From the NCBI GenBank assembly GCA_963774265.1, contig CAVZDU010000001.1:448001-512000 (forward strand): a DNA stretch of 64,000 nucleotides, given 5' to 3'. The first letter of the stretch is position 1. Each line of letters opens with the position of its first letter. The translations under genes and the position numbers were made by a program. This document shows positions 49,130-60,364 of the stretch, piece by piece. The DNA comes from an uncultured Chloroflexia bacterium (GTDB taxonomy: Bacteria > Chloroflexota > Anaerolineae > CG2-30-64-16). The notes under the pieces were generated by a model. That model was not told the origin of the DNA, made no database searches, and saw only the letters and a list, made by a program, of their open reading frames with translations.

Positions 49130-49248
49130 GGGTGTCATTATACTCTACAAGTGAGAGCAAACGTGACGCGTTGACAGAGGCGTGCGCGTGGTCTATCATA
49201 CGCGTCTTGCTGGCCGTGCCAGCGATCAAGTGACTCTATCGAGGATTC

Positions 49249-50274
49249 ATGTCCGAGCCCACCCTGTTGCCTGCCGGCAAGTTGCCACTTCCTTTTTTGG
49301 AGAAGTTGCTCACGCGTTTTGCACCGCACGACCCGCGCATCATCGTTGGGCCACGCGCGGGGGAGGATGCTGCCGTGTTCGATCTCGGCGATCGCTACCT
49401 GGTGGCGAAGACCGACCCGATCACCTTTGCCACAAGCGAGATCGGCTGGTATGCGGTAAACGTCAATGCAAACGACGTGGCCGTAATGGGCGCGCGTCCG
49501 CGCTGGTTCCTGGCGACGGTGTTGCTGCCCGCGGGCAAGGCAACCACCGAAATGGCAGAGAACATTTTTCAGCAAATCTCCGATGCCTGCGCGGCGCTAG
49601 GGGTGAGCCTGGCTGGCGGGCACACGGAGATCACCGTCGATCTGAATCGACCGCTCGTCAGCGGGACCATGCTTGGCGAAGTTGCGCCAGAACGATTGAT
49701 CATGACCGCGGGCACGCGGGTGGGCGATGGGGTGCTGCTGGTCAAGGCCGCGCCCATCGAGGGAACCGCTTTGATTGCGCTGGAGCGCGCACAGATTCTG
49801 CGCCAGCGGGGCTATAGGGAGGATTTCATCCGCCGCGCGCAGGGCTTCCTGCATGAGCCAGGCATCAGTGTGGTGGCGCCTGCGTTGCTCGCCGCCGAGA
49901 TCGCCGAGGTCCATGCAATGCATGACCCTACTGAGGGTGGCATAATGACCGGCTTGCTGGAAATGGGGCGGGGCGCCGGAGTGGGGCTGCGCATCGATCT
50001 GGATTCTATCCCGATATTGCCGGAAGGTGCGGCACTGTGCCGGGAGTTTGGGTTGGACCCGTTGGGGACCATCGCATCAGGCGCGATCTTGATGGCTGTT
50101 GCCGGGGCGGATGCGTCGCGCCTGTGCGTGGAGCTCTCAGCACATGGTTATCCCACAACATTGATCGGCCGCGTCATACGGGCAGAAGACGGCCTGGTTG
50201 CATTGCGGGAAGGGCAGCCCGTCACGTGGCCGTTGTTTGCAGCGGATGAGATCACGAAGATTTTTTCCCAGTAA
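49249..50274 (+). CDS. AIR-synthase-related (HypE/ThiL/PurM fold) protein
   Basis: GKLP, GEDAAV, TDPIT, NANDVAVMGA, GGHTE, MHDPTEGG. Confidence 0.85.
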   Translation: MSEPTLLPAGKLPLPFLEKLLTRFAPHDPRIIVGPRAGEDAAVFDLGDRYLVAKTDPITFATSEIGWYAVNVNANDVAVMGARPRWFLATVLLPAGKATTEMAENIFQQISDACAALGVSLAGGHTEITVDLNRPLVSGTMLGEVAPERLIMTAGTRVGDGVLLVKAAPIEGTALIALERAQILRQRGYREDFIRRAQGFLHEPGISVVAPALLAAEIAEVHAMHDPTEGGIMTGLLEMGRGAGVGLRIDLDSIPILPEGAALCREFGLDPLGTIASGAILMAVAGADASRLCVELSAHGYPTTLIGRVIRAEDGLVALREGQPVTWPLFAADEITKIFSQ

Positions 50275-50276
50275 CG

Positions 50277-50981
50277 TCACGACTTGGAGTCGTCGGTGTC
50301 TTTCCTCACGCCGGCCTGTTGAAGGATCAGCTGCAGCCCGTGCTCGCCGAGTAGCGCCATTAACACGGGCCAGGCGATCAGCACTGTCACGGCCAGTGCG
50401 ATGCTGACTGCAGTCATCGCTCCCGCGAGAACGAGCAACAACACGGAAAACAGGGGGTTCGCAAGGACGGACAGCGCTGCCATACGCAGGCTGGAGACCA
50501 CCGTCGGTCTTTCCAGTGCGATAAAGAAGGGGTAGACATAAAGCTGGACGCTCAGCCAGAAGACTGTCAGGTAGCCCCAAATGATGCCGAACATTCGGAG
50601 CAGCGTGGTTGACTGGTAGAAGTAGAAGATAAGGTTGAGAAACAGCAAGCTGAGGACAACCATGCCGATCGCGTTCAGCGCCAGTCCTTGCTTCCACTGC
50701 GTCTTGTAAGCCTCGAAATATTGACTGCGTTCCACGTGTTGGTCGCGTGCGCAGCGACGGGCCACAGCGGCAAGGGCCATGATGGCCGGGCCGGCAGGGA
50801 TGGCGAGGATGGGAGCGATCCACCATGGTCCATCCGCCGAAAAAAACAAGTAACCCAATGCAAAGGCTAAGCCAACGAATACTCCGCCGGTTGCCCACCA
50901 CAGCAAACTCAGTCCAATCAGGAAGAACAGCTCATTGTAGAAGCTGACAAGTGCGCGCCAGGCGACGTTGAATGCTTTCAT
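50277..50981 (-). CDS. Integral membrane protein (YesL/DUF624-like)
   Basis: Several TM helices, AGPAIMAL...YFEAYK..WKQ; start overlaps the upstream stop. Confidence 0.65.
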   Translation of the reverse strand: MKAFNVAWRALVSFYNELFFLIGLSLLWWATGGVFVGLAFALGYLFFSADGPWWIAPILAIPAGPAIMALAAVARRCARDQHVERSQYFEAYKTQWKQGLALNAIGMVVLSLLFLNLIFYFYQSTTLLRMFGIIWGYLTVFWLSVQLYVYPFFIALERPTVVSSLRMAALSVLANPLFSVLLLVLAGAMTAVSIALAVTVLIAWPVLMALLGEHGLQLILQQAGVRKDTDDSKS

Positions 50982-52018
50982 GGCGCCAAGACCGATAAAA
51001 TGGCCGTTTGAATTTCGGGGTTTGCCAATTGCCGATGATGCGAAACGACAGGCAGGGCATCGAGTAGGGAACGGGGCTCGGGTAGTGCCGGCGCGGTGGT
51101 TAAAGTCATGGCAATGCTCTTTCCGTCGACGAATGGGTAAGCTGTGCACGGCGTGTGCGGGATTTCTCGTGCGCTTTCGGCCGTCACGAGCAGGTCGCCA
51201 AAACTAACCGTGTGGTCGACCAGCGTGATGCGGTTCGCGCGAATGGTGATGCTGTAGCGGATGTCGCCGTATACTGTGTGACAGTTGACATGCCCCGGCA
51301 TCATCCCAGGCTTGTTCAATTCAGCCAGTACCGGGCTATCGGGGTGAAGTTGGCCGTAGATGGGTGAGTCCGTGAGCAAGACCCGGTTTTCCGGGAAGCC
51401 CGGGCTGTGTGCGGTTCGCTCAGCCACTTGTTGAGCATGCAACGCAGCCTCAAGTTGCTCGATAGTCGTCGCGGGTCGCGCAGGCGCCAGGCCAAGTCGT
51501 TCCAGCAGGCGGATGAACCGCCACATGAGTGAGCCGCGTGGGGCGAGGTCAATCAGTCGCGCGAGATCAGCCCCGCGGTGCGGGCTGCCGATGGTGATGA
51601 GGCGCCCTACATTGCCGCGATAAAGCGTTCCCCAGTCATCGTACATCGCCCGACTCAGGTAGTAGCGGCAGATGATACCGCCGAGGCTGTGTGCGATCAA
51701 CGTGACCTCTGCAGGACCACCGCGCGCCACGCTGTTGTCGCTGAGTTGATCGACGCTGCACAGGAGCCGATCTTCGGTTGACAGGTTTGCTCCCGCCAGC
51801 CGGCTGGCGATTTCCCGCAGGTCGCCCCGGTTGTTGTACGTCCCGTCTGGAGCGATCCCATAGTCGAAGGTGCGGATCAGGTTCGGGTCCAGATTGCCCT
51901 TTAGGATCAGACGCTGGCGAAAACCGGACTCGGTCCAGACAGAAGGCGCGCCGTCGAATCCATGCACCAGCATGATCGGGATCAGTCTTGGCACGACGCG
52001 CCTCCTTTTAGAAGTCAC
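50978..52018 (-). CDS. Alpha/beta hydrolase (PGAP1-like lipase/esterase)
   Basis: MLVHGF, IAHSLGG nucleophile elbow, ITIGSPHRG, GDLLV, C-terminal His. Confidence 0.82.
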   Translation of the reverse strand: MTSKRRRVVPRLIPIMLVHGFDGAPSVWTESGFRQRLILKGNLDPNLIRTFDYGIAPDGTYNNRGDLREIASRLAGANLSTEDRLLCSVDQLSDNSVARGGPAEVTLIAHSLGGIICRYYLSRAMYDDWGTLYRGNVGRLITIGSPHRGADLARLIDLAPRGSLMWRFIRLLERLGLAPARPATTIEQLEAALHAQQVAERTAHSPGFPENRVLLTDSPIYGQLHPDSPVLAELNKPGMMPGHVNCHTVYGDIRYSITIRANRITLVDHTVSFGDLLVTAESAREIPHTPCTAYPFVDGKSIAMTLTTAPALPEPRSLLDALPVVSHHRQLANPEIQTAILSVLAP

Positions 52019-52029
52019 GAAGATGCGAT

Positions 52030-53115
52030 TTAGGCGGCCGTGACGATCTCCTGAAGCAGTAGGGCCACGTTCGTCATATCGGCGATGGCAATATGTTCAT
52101 TCGGCGTGTGCACATCAGCCATGCCCGTGCTCAGGATAGCACAGTGGATGCCGTGCTCCGAGTAGATGTTGGCATCCGTGCCGCCGCCTGAGCTCTTGAT
52201 GATGGGGACCCAGCCCAGTTTTTTAATTGCTGCAACAGCAGCCGCCACAACAGGGTGGTCGTCGGACAGCTTGTAGGTGGTGTACATCCGCTTGATCTTC
52301 AACTCAACGCGTGCGCCGTTCTGCTCGGCCGCTTCCTGAAAAGCGAGGGCCATAGCCGCAGTCTGAGCGGCCAGCTTTTCGTCATCGCGGCTGCGCGCCT
52401 CGCCCTTGATATACACGTAGTCGGGCACGATGTTGGTGGCCACACCGCCTTGAATCAAGCCGATGTTGGCTGTGGTTTCAGCGTCAATTCGCCCAAGGGG
52501 CATGGCTGCAATTGCCTGGCTTGCCACCCGGATCGCGTTGATGCCATTTTCTGGCTCCGAGCCCGCATGGGCAGTTCGCCCGTGGACTTTGATCTCCAGG
52601 CTGTCCTGGCTCGGGGCGCTGGTGACCACCACACCCGACGGTCCGCCCGAGTCCAGGACATAGCCGCGTTTTGCGCGTAGCCTGCTCTTATCCAAAATGC
52701 GAGCGCCCTGAAGTCCCACCTCCTCGCTCACAGAGATGACAGCTTCCAGCGGTGGATGTGGCAGATCATCCTCCCTGACGGACGCAATCATTTCTAGAAT
52801 GGCTGCTACGCCGGACTTGTCGTCACCGCCGAGAATGGTCGTCCCATCGGAGTAGATGATCCCATCCCGAATCTGCGGTTTGATGCCCCGGTCCTTGCCG
52901 ACCGTGTCCATGTGTGCGCTGAGTATCAACCAATCGCCGCTGTTCGATCCGGCGAAGCGCGCGATGAGATTGTGCTGTTCGTCAGTTTCGACCTCCCCGC
53001 CGAGCGCCGAAAAGCGCCGCACGAGATCCTTGCTGATCACGCCCTCTTCGCCCGATGGGCTATCGATTGCGACCAGGTCAAGGAAGGTTTTTACAAGCCG
53101 CTGCTCATTGATCAA
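52030..53115 (-). CDS. M20 family metallopeptidase (peptidase T-like)
   Basis: DSPSGEE, AHMDTV, GGDDKSG, EEVGL, AHAG, GGTDAN, HTPNE. Confidence 0.9.
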   Translation of the reverse strand: MINEQRLVKTFLDLVAIDSPSGEEGVISKDLVRRFSALGGEVETDEQHNLIARFAGSNSGDWLILSAHMDTVGKDRGIKPQIRDGIIYSDGTTILGGDDKSGVAAILEMIASVREDDLPHPPLEAVISVSEEVGLQGARILDKSRLRAKRGYVLDSGGPSGVVVTSAPSQDSLEIKVHGRTAHAGSEPENGINAIRVASQAIAAMPLGRIDAETTANIGLIQGGVATNIVPDYVYIKGEARSRDDEKLAAQTAAMALAFQEAAEQNGARVELKIKRMYTTYKLSDDHPVVAAAVAAIKKLGWVPIIKSSGGGTDANIYSEHGIHCAILSTGMADVHTPNEHIAIADMTNVALLLQEIVTAA

Positions 53116-53131
53116 GATTCACCTCTGTTTA

Positions 53132-54229
53132 TCAATCTATCCAGGTAATGCGGCCCGCATCACGGGTTTCATAGCCGCCCAGCGCTTCAATCGCCGCGCG
53201 ACCCTCGACAGAAGCCAGCCATGCGGCGAGCGCTTGCACCGGAGGTAGGGACCAGGAATCCGCGGGGATAATCAGGTCATACGGTTCGGTGGTCAGTCGG
53301 ACGAAACCTAAACCATAGGCGATGGCGGCGGCTTCGATGCCGAGGCCGACGTTTGCCTGATCTTCAGCAACCGCGCGTGCAACTTCTGCGTGCGTTGTGA
53401 CTTCACGGTTGTAACCTGGCACAGCCGAGATGTCCACCCCGGCGCGCCGCAGTTGGGCGTCGAGCCAGACGCGCGTGCCTGTACCACGCTGGCGGTTGAC
53501 GAAGCGGACGCCGGCCCGGGCAAGATCGGCCAGAAAGGTCAGGTTCAAGGGGTTGCCTGGTGGCGTGATCAGCCCCAACCGGCGATGGGCCATAGTAAGC
53601 AGCGCCACCCTGCGGCCAGGCAGTAGCCGGCGAATGAAGGGTGCGTTGTACGTGTCGCTTTCCTGATCCCACAAGTGGCTGCCCGCGATTTCGGCCGTTC
53701 CTTCCGCCAGCGCGATCAGACCGCCGAGACTCCCGGTGTAAGCGACGTGCAAGCTCCACCCCGCGCAAAGCTCGCCGAAGTGCGCGGCGACCAGTGAAAC
53801 CGCGGGATCGTGGCTGCCAGCAAAGCGGAGGATCTGCGCACTGGTGTCCGGGATTGCGACCGACAGCGCGCGCCAGCGGTCGAGGGCCGCCCGGAACCCA
53901 CTCTCTGTCTCCGCGATCGTATAGCCGGCCGAGAGCATCTCCAACAGGAACGCCTCGGCCTGATGCACAACGGTTGCGCGACGAAGTGGCGTTTCGCCGG
54001 CTAAGGCTGACGGTGCGCTGCCGATGTGTGTGCCCTGGCCGGGCCGGCTCACTGCAATGCCCTGCCGCGCCAATTCCTTGTAGGCCTGCTGAACGGTGCC
54101 TGGCGTACACTTCCATCTTTCGGCCATCTCGCGCACAGACGGCAGCGTGGCGCCTGGGCGCAGCCGTCCCTCCAGCAGCTCCTGCCGGATGGCTTCGGCG
54201 ATTTGCAGGTAGAGCGGTCGTTTCTCCAT
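53132..54229 (-). CDS. GntR HTH regulator fused to PBP-like (molybdate-type) binding domain
   Basis: PLYLQIA..LPSVRE..TVQQAYKEL; AGSHD, GSLGGL, FVNRQRGTGTR, LGGY. Confidence 0.85.
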   Translation of the reverse strand: MEKRPLYLQIAEAIRQELLEGRLRPGATLPSVREMAERWKCTPGTVQQAYKELARQGIAVSRPGQGTHIGSAPSALAGETPLRRATVVHQAEAFLLEMLSAGYTIAETESGFRAALDRWRALSVAIPDTSAQILRFAGSHDPAVSLVAAHFGELCAGWSLHVAYTGSLGGLIALAEGTAEIAGSHLWDQESDTYNAPFIRRLLPGRRVALLTMAHRRLGLITPPGNPLNLTFLADLARAGVRFVNRQRGTGTRVWLDAQLRRAGVDISAVPGYNREVTTHAEVARAVAEDQANVGLGIEAAAIAYGLGFVRLTTEPYDLIIPADSWSLPPVQALAAWLASVEGRAAIEALGGYETRDAGRITWID

Positions 54230-54234
54230 AGTCC

Positions 54235-55731
54235 TCAGGCGGAGTCTCGGTCCATCGTACACCCCGGTTCCGTCACCTCCACCGCGCCGATCTCCTCTGC
54301 GGTGTGATTCAGGAGACGAGTCGCGAAGCGAATGAAGGCATCAACGTCCGCGAAATTGGAGGCCACCCCGACCGAGATGCGCACAGCACTCACATCGCGG
54401 CCGAAGTGCGATTTCATCTCTCGGCGCAGCTCCTGGAATGAGAGAGGTGTGGCCGACGCGAAGAACGAGCGCATGATCTCAGGACCCAATCCGTGAGCCA
54501 CCTCACCCGCGCCGGGGTTGCAGAAACAGCCTGTGCGCAAGGAGATGCGCTGGTGATTAGCCAACTCCTCGATGCGCCGGTCATCCAGCGCGCGGCCGTC
54601 GCGGTCAAAGAATGTCATGGTCACTGTGCCGCCGCGGGCGATCAGGTTACGCGGGCCGTGAATTTCGACCAGTGGCTGGCCCGAGTGATGTTGGAGCTCA
54701 GACAGGCTGCCTATCAGCCAGCCGGCCAGGCACATCACCCGGTCGTGGATCTGATCCATTCCCACCGACGCCAGATGGCGCAAACCGATTTCCACCGCCG
54801 GGATGTTCAGGTAGTTGACCGTACCATCCTCGAAGCCCGCCTCGCCGGAGGCCAGGTAGTATCCGTCACCCTGCACGGATGAGATGGTGATGGTGCCGCC
54901 CGCATACCAGGGCCGTTTCAGCTTCGCCAGCGCCTCTTTGCGGGCCAGGAGGCACCCCATTCCTGTAGGGTAACCGAACATCTTGTAGAAAGACAGCGGC
55001 ACGAAGTCTGGTTGCCAGCGTGCCAGGTCGAGACGGTTGGAGGGCGCAAAGGCTGCCGCGTCGACGAGCACATCCCAACCGCGCTCATGTGCATAGGCAA
55101 TCAACTCCAGCGGGTGTTGCACGCCTGAGAAGTTCGATTGCGCCGGGAACGCGAACAAGTTCGCCGTGCTGGGCCCCGGCGCGTTGAGTTCCGCTTTCAG
55201 CCCGTCCATGTCGATGCGCAGCTCGGGCGCGACAACTGGCGCATAGGTGAACTCCGCGCCGTTGTGCCGGGCAAATTCGCGGATGCCGTTGACCGAGTTG
55301 TGATTATCGAACGTCAGCAGGTAGCGGGTGCCTGGCTCGAAAGGATACGCTTCCCCAACCAGCTTGAGAGCGTTGCTGGCGTTCGTTGTGAAGACAACCA
55401 CGTACTCTCCAGGCGGCGCGTTGAAGTATTCCAGAACATAATGCCGCGCATCGTCGATGAGACAGGTCATCGCCTGTGACGTCGGGTTATTCGAGTGCGG
55501 GTTGCCGAAGACGTTGCGCGCCAACAGGTTCAGGTGGTCGCGGAGTTGGCTCTCGGCGTACAGGCCGCCCCCGGTGTAGTCCAGGTACACCTGGCCCGTG
55601 GCATCCAGGCGGCCGTATTCTCTTTCGCGCAAGTCATCCAAAGGCCGCGTTGCCTCGTACGCGGGATATGCCTGCAGGAACTCCGAATAGGCCGTCTTGT
55701 TCACAAAGCGATCACTCGCGACTTGGGTCAC
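54235..55731 (-). CDS. Class V PLP enzyme, Moco-sulfurase (ABA3/HxB) NifS-domain-like
   Basis: VYLDYTGGGLY, GNPHS, DNHNSVNGIRE, AFPAQSNFSG, SFYKMFGYPTG, FEDGT, LRTGCFCNPG. Confidence 0.85.
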   Translation of the reverse strand: MTQVASDRFVNKTAYSEFLQAYPAYEATRPLDDLREREYGRLDATGQVYLDYTGGGLYAESQLRDHLNLLARNVFGNPHSNNPTSQAMTCLIDDARHYVLEYFNAPPGEYVVVFTTNASNALKLVGEAYPFEPGTRYLLTFDNHNSVNGIREFARHNGAEFTYAPVVAPELRIDMDGLKAELNAPGPSTANLFAFPAQSNFSGVQHPLELIAYAHERGWDVLVDAAAFAPSNRLDLARWQPDFVPLSFYKMFGYPTGMGCLLARKEALAKLKRPWYAGGTITISSVQGDGYYLASGEAGFEDGTVNYLNIPAVEIGLRHLASVGMDQIHDRVMCLAGWLIGSLSELQHHSGQPLVEIHGPRNLIARGGTVTMTFFDRDGRALDDRRIEELANHQRISLRTGCFCNPGAGEVAHGLGPEIMRSFFASATPLSFQELRREMKSHFGRDVSAVRISVGVASNFADVDAFIRFATRLLNHTAEEIGAVEVTEPGCTMDRDSA

Positions 55732-55782
55732 GACGGTGTGTCCCCCTTTCCAAAGGTATCGTAGAGACTTTGCATACTGCTG

Positions 55783-57591
55783 CTATTTGTCCGCAACGAG
55801 CGTCTCCAAACGATCTACGAAACCGGTCAACACCTCAAACGCGGCCTCGACCGGTTCTGGTGTGGTCATATCGACGCCCGCGAGCTTGAGCGCGTCGACC
55901 GGGTAAAGGGCGTTGCCGGACTTGAGAAAGCTCAGGTAGTTATCCACCGCGCCCGGCGTCCCCGAACGAATGCGACGGGCCAGCGCATTCGCTGCCGAGA
56001 TGCCGGTAGCATACTGGAAAACATAGTAGTCGACGTAAAGGTGCGCGAAGGTGGCCCAGGTGATGCCGACACGTGGCCGATCGACATGCACCTCACCGCC
56101 GTAACCCTCGCTGAACAGATCGGTCATCAGTTCGATCATGTCATCTGCGCTCATGCCCTCGCCGCGTTCTTCGCGTTGGTGGACTTCCAGCTCGAAGCGC
56201 GCCAGAGTCGGCATGATGAAGAAGTAGCGGTGGAAGTTCGACATGGCCTCTTCAATGACTGCCAGTTGGAACGCCGGGTCATCGACGGTGTCGAGCAGGT
56301 GGGCGCGCACCATTGCCTGGTGGAAGTTCGAGGCGGTTTCTGCGACGAACATCCCGTATTCAGAATAGAGCACAGGTTGGTTCTGCCAGGTGAGGTACGA
56401 GTGCATGGAATGGCCTAACTCATGCGCGAGGGTGCTCATGCTGAACACCTCATCAGTGTAGGTCATCATGATGAACGGATGCGTCCCAAGTGCACCAGAT
56501 GAGAAAGCCCCGCCTTGCTTACCGTGGTTCGGGTACACATCGACCCAACGATCCGTCGTGCACCCGCGGCGCACAGTCTCGACGTATTCTCGTCCCAGCG
56601 GCGCCAGACCCTCGCAGATCAGCTCGACGCCGCGCGCATACTGCACCTTGGGCTGGTTGCCAGAAAGCGGCGCCCAGATGTCGTAGGGATGAAGTTCTGC
56701 GACCCCCAAGGCCTTGCGGCGCACGCGCCAGTAGCGTCGCCATGTGGGCAGGTTCTTCTTGAAGACATCGATCAGATTATAGAACACCGCGGACGGGATG
56801 TTCCACGGGAAGAGCGCCAGGTCGAGGGTGGACTCGTGGCGTCGGGCGCGCATTTTGAAGACGTTTGCCTTCACTGAAGTCATGAGGTTTGACGCCTGGG
56901 TGTTCTTGAAGGCCAGGAAGGTGTCATTGTAGCCTTCCCATGCGGTCCGTCGCGCCTCACGATCGGGACTGGCCAGAATCCCGGGCAGGTTGCCGCTAGA
57001 GACGGACAGCTCTTTTCCGTCTCCTCCCTTGGCCGGCGGATACTTGAAGTCCGCGTCGACCATAAGGCTATGCGTTTGCTCGACATTGCCGAACGGATCG
57101 GAGGCCATGCCCAGCAGTTCCTCGACCTCCGCGGATCGGACGTGAGCTTGCCGGCGGAGGAGATCATCAACATAGTGTTCCAGGTACGCCAGTTTTGGCT
57201 CTTCGGCAAGCCATCTGCGGAGCGTCTCTACGCCGATGGCCAGCAACTCGGGGTCAACGAAGGCCATGGCCGCCGCAGCCAGGCCGTGGAGCCCGTTTGC
57301 GCGGCTGTAGCGCTTCGCGGCATCCGCATTGGTGGTGTCCACCGCGTAGGCCATGCCCGCGTAGGTGCTAAGGACATAGACGCGGCGAAGGAGTTCTTGC
57401 ACAGCGGCCAACGCTTCAACGACTAGCGGCGATCCTTCCGCCAGCCTGCCCTGGTAGCGCTTGACGTCGTTCACCGCCGCATGCACACCGGCCGCTTCGG
57501 CTTCCCAATCAGACTCCGAGGCAAATACGCTTTCAGCGTTCCACTTAAAGCGCTGTTCGATTTCAGTGCGAGAGGGGAGATTCTGGGTCAT
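55783..57591 (-). CDS. pepF: Oligoendopeptidase F (M3B)
   Basis: [41 protein letters not shown]. Confidence 0.93.
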   Translation of the reverse strand: MTQNLPSRTEIEQRFKWNAESVFASESDWEAEAAGVHAAVNDVKRYQGRLAEGSPLVVEALAAVQELLRRVYVLSTYAGMAYAVDTTNADAAKRYSRANGLHGLAAAAMAFVDPELLAIGVETLRRWLAEEPKLAYLEHYVDDLLRRQAHVRSAEVEELLGMASDPFGNVEQTHSLMVDADFKYPPAKGGDGKELSVSSGNLPGILASPDREARRTAWEGYNDTFLAFKNTQASNLMTSVKANVFKMRARRHESTLDLALFPWNIPSAVFYNLIDVFKKNLPTWRRYWRVRRKALGVAELHPYDIWAPLSGNQPKVQYARGVELICEGLAPLGREYVETVRRGCTTDRWVDVYPNHGKQGGAFSSGALGTHPFIMMTYTDEVFSMSTLAHELGHSMHSYLTWQNQPVLYSEYGMFVAETASNFHQAMVRAHLLDTVDDPAFQLAVIEEAMSNFHRYFFIMPTLARFELEVHQREERGEGMSADDMIELMTDLFSEGYGGEVHVDRPRVGITWATFAHLYVDYYVFQYATGISAANALARRIRSGTPGAVDNYLSFLKSGNALYPVDALKLAGVDMTTPEPVEAAFEVLTGFVDRLETLVADK

Positions 57592-57603
57592 GGTTGCCTT
57601 TCA

Positions 57604-58479
57604 TCAGGGTTCGAATTCGTATTCGTTGGAATCGCACACCGGCCGGTAGCCGATGCGTTGGTAGATGCTGTTGGAGGTCGGGTTCGCCAGGTCGGTGTAC
57701 AGGGTGCAGAATTCCCAGCCAGCATCGAGCAATTGCTGGCTCAGCGCTGCCACGCACACGGACGCATAGCCACGGTTGCGGAGCGCGCGCGGGGTATATA
57801 CCAGGTTCACGGTGATGCCATGGCTGGAAGGTCGTGACTTGGCAGCCATGGAGACGGGCCGGCCTTCGTCCTCCCAAATGAACAGATCACCGCTGTTGAT
57901 CCGTCGCTTCGCAAGATCGCGCGCCTCGGTTGCGCTGCTGGACAGGTTTGCATCGCAGTTGAAACTGACGATCCAGTCTGCCAGCAAATCAGCCTCGTCG
58001 TCGCGTGCGGAGCGGAGATGACCGGACACACCTGCCGGTGGCGTTACCTGGCGCAGTTCGTAGATCCGTAGGCTCATGCCTGGTTTGAACGGTTTGCCGG
58101 TGCGATCCTGCCACAGTTGCGCAAAGGCCAGCGCTGCCGTCGAGTGTGCCGTGACCCCGGGAATATGTCCCAGTGGACTCTCTGGCGGAAAGCCGGCCGT
58201 GTAGTCGAGGAGGTCGTCGAGAATCAAACGGAGCGGCGCAGGGTCGGCCAGCGCGCTATACACGATCACGCGATTAGGCGGAGTACGGACGGCGGCGGCC
58301 ACTAAGCGGTCGTCCACATCCACGGTGGCGAAATAGGCGGGGAACTTGGCCTGTTCGGGGTGCTCTGCGACTCGGGTTGCGATGCCAACGATCAGGTTGT
58401 TGGCCACCTCTTCGACCTCAAGCGGCGTACGCGCACGCCTCAGAAAGTCCACAGCGCTATCGTATCGGGTCAGCTTCAT
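57604..58479 (-). CDS. GNAT family N-acetyltransferase
   Basis: EVANNLIVG, VYTPRALRNRGYA, LYTDLANPTSNSIYQRIGY. Confidence 0.88.
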   Translation of the reverse strand: MKLTRYDSAVDFLRRARTPLEVEEVANNLIVGIATRVAEHPEQAKFPAYFATVDVDDRLVAAAVRTPPNRVIVYSALADPAPLRLILDDLLDYTAGFPPESPLGHIPGVTAHSTAALAFAQLWQDRTGKPFKPGMSLRIYELRQVTPPAGVSGHLRSARDDEADLLADWIVSFNCDANLSSSATEARDLAKRRINSGDLFIWEDEGRPVSMAAKSRPSSHGITVNLVYTPRALRNRGYASVCVAALSQQLLDAGWEFCTLYTDLANPTSNSIYQRIGYRPVCDSNEYEFEP

Positions 58480-58550
58480 CAACATCTCCCCTTGTCCCCT
58501 CAAGATGTTTTTCGCCACATTCTTCGTGGTAGCTACTTTCGTGACCCCGG

Positions 58551-60352
58551 TCATTTTTTTGATTTTAGCGCGGTGACGTCGGTCATCATTTCCGTGACGC
58601 TGACGCGGCCGGATTCGGTATCTGCCCCCATCATCCTGGCCAATTCCGTGACGCGCGAGTCGTTCGTCAGGTGATGCACCTCGGTGATGGTGCGGCCATC
58701 GGTCACGTGCTTGGCGACGTGATAGTGGACATCGCCATAGGCCGCCAACTGTGGCAGGTGAGTGATGCACAACACCTGGTGGCGAATTTCGCCTGCATTA
58801 CTTGTCGCAGCCCTCGCGCCGTTGTGAACCGTCAGTTCCCACAGCTTTCGCCCGACGGTGCCGCCGACGCGCCCGCCGATACCCTGGTCTATCTCGTCGA
58901 AGATGAGCGTCGGTGTCTCATCAGCGCGGCCTAGCACGGTCTTGAGTGCCAGCATCAGCCGCGAGGTCTCGCCGCCCGAGGCGACCCTGGCGAGGGGCCG
59001 TAGTGGTTCCCCGGGATTGGCTGAAACCAGGAATGCGACTGCGTCCAGGCCGTGTGTATCGAAGGTGTAACGGTCAGGGTTGACCTTGATTCGTGTAGCC
59101 GAATCGGGGTCAACGATGGCGCCGCTGGGATCCGGGGTCCACTGGAGGCTGACCGCGAAGCGTGCGCGCACCATGTGGAGGTCGGCTAACTCCGCTTCGA
59201 TCGCCTGGGCCATGCGATCGCCTGCTAAGCGCCGGGCCCCAGAGAGCTCCGCACCCCGCCGGCCCAGGTCCGCCAGCAACTGGCCCTCCTCCGCCTCCAA
59301 CTGGCCGATGCGCTCCTCCGCGTGGCTGATGGTCTCTAGCTCCTGAGCCGCCCTGTCAGCATAGCTAAGCACGTCATCGATGGTGTCGCCATATTTTCGC
59401 TGTAGGGAGTGGATCAAGTGCAGCCTCTCCTCGACCTGTTCGAGGCGTCGCGGGTTGAATTCGATCGTATCGCGGTAGTGCGTCAGCGCGCGGGAGATAT
59501 CGTCCAGGAGTGCGGTGGCCTCGCCCAGTTGCTGCAGAAGCGGCGCAGCGGCCGGGTCGATACGCGCGAGCCGCGAGAGCGCTTGTTCGGCGGAGCCGAG
59601 CGCATCGAGCGCACCGGGCTGCCCGTCATCCGCGCCGGCCAGGTGCAGGCTTGCCTCTCCGCTCAGTTCTGACAACTGCTCGGAGTTTGCCAGCCGGCGG
59701 CGCTCGGCGTCGAGATCCCCTCTTCACCAGCATTGAGCTTCGCGCTGCCGATCTCTTCGACCTGGTAACTGAGTAGATCGATGCGCCGCGCACGTTCGCG
59801 CTCGTCTTGTCGCAGGCTTTCCAGTTCCCTGCGTACGGCGCGGACTCGGCGAACCAGCTCGGCGACAGCCGAGACTTTTCCCCCGAGCCCCGCGTAGCGG
59901 TCGAGCAGGTTGACATGTTCACGTTCGTGCAGCAGAGAGAGATGCTCGCCCTGTCCATGGACGTCAACCAGGAGACCGCCGATATCGCTCAGCAGCGCAG
60001 TGGTCACCGAACGTCCATTGACGCGTGCGACGGAGCGGCCGTTCACGCGCACCTCACGTGCAAGAATCACCTCGTCGCCTTGGTCGCCTTCTAATCCGTT
60101 CTCGGCCAGCAAGGGGGTCACCTTGGCGGCCACCGTGGGGTCGAGATGAAACCTGCCCTCAACCTCGGTGCGGTCGGCTCCCGCCCGGACGACTTCTTGT
60201 GATGCGCGATCGCCGAGCAGTAAGTTAACCGCATCGATGATGATCGACTTGCCCGCGCCCGTTTCACCGGTCAAAACATTGAAACCAGGGCCGAAGGTCA
60301 GGTCAAGCCGGTCGATGATGGCAAGATCGCGAATACGCAATTCGTTAAGCAC
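58551..60352 (-). CDS. recN: DNA repair protein RecN, frameshifted near 59718
   Basis: LTGETGAGKS, DVHGQ, NPGEPLRPLARVASGGETSR, FDEID, CITHLPQ; the frames join at GEE-DLDAERRRLAN in a G run. Confidence 0.94.
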
Positions 60353-60364
60353 GAGTTACTAGCC

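Noticed and set aside
49249-50274. Second selD or hypE
   Set aside because: Lacks the SelD Cys/Sec-x-x-K motif and the HypE C-terminal PRIC.
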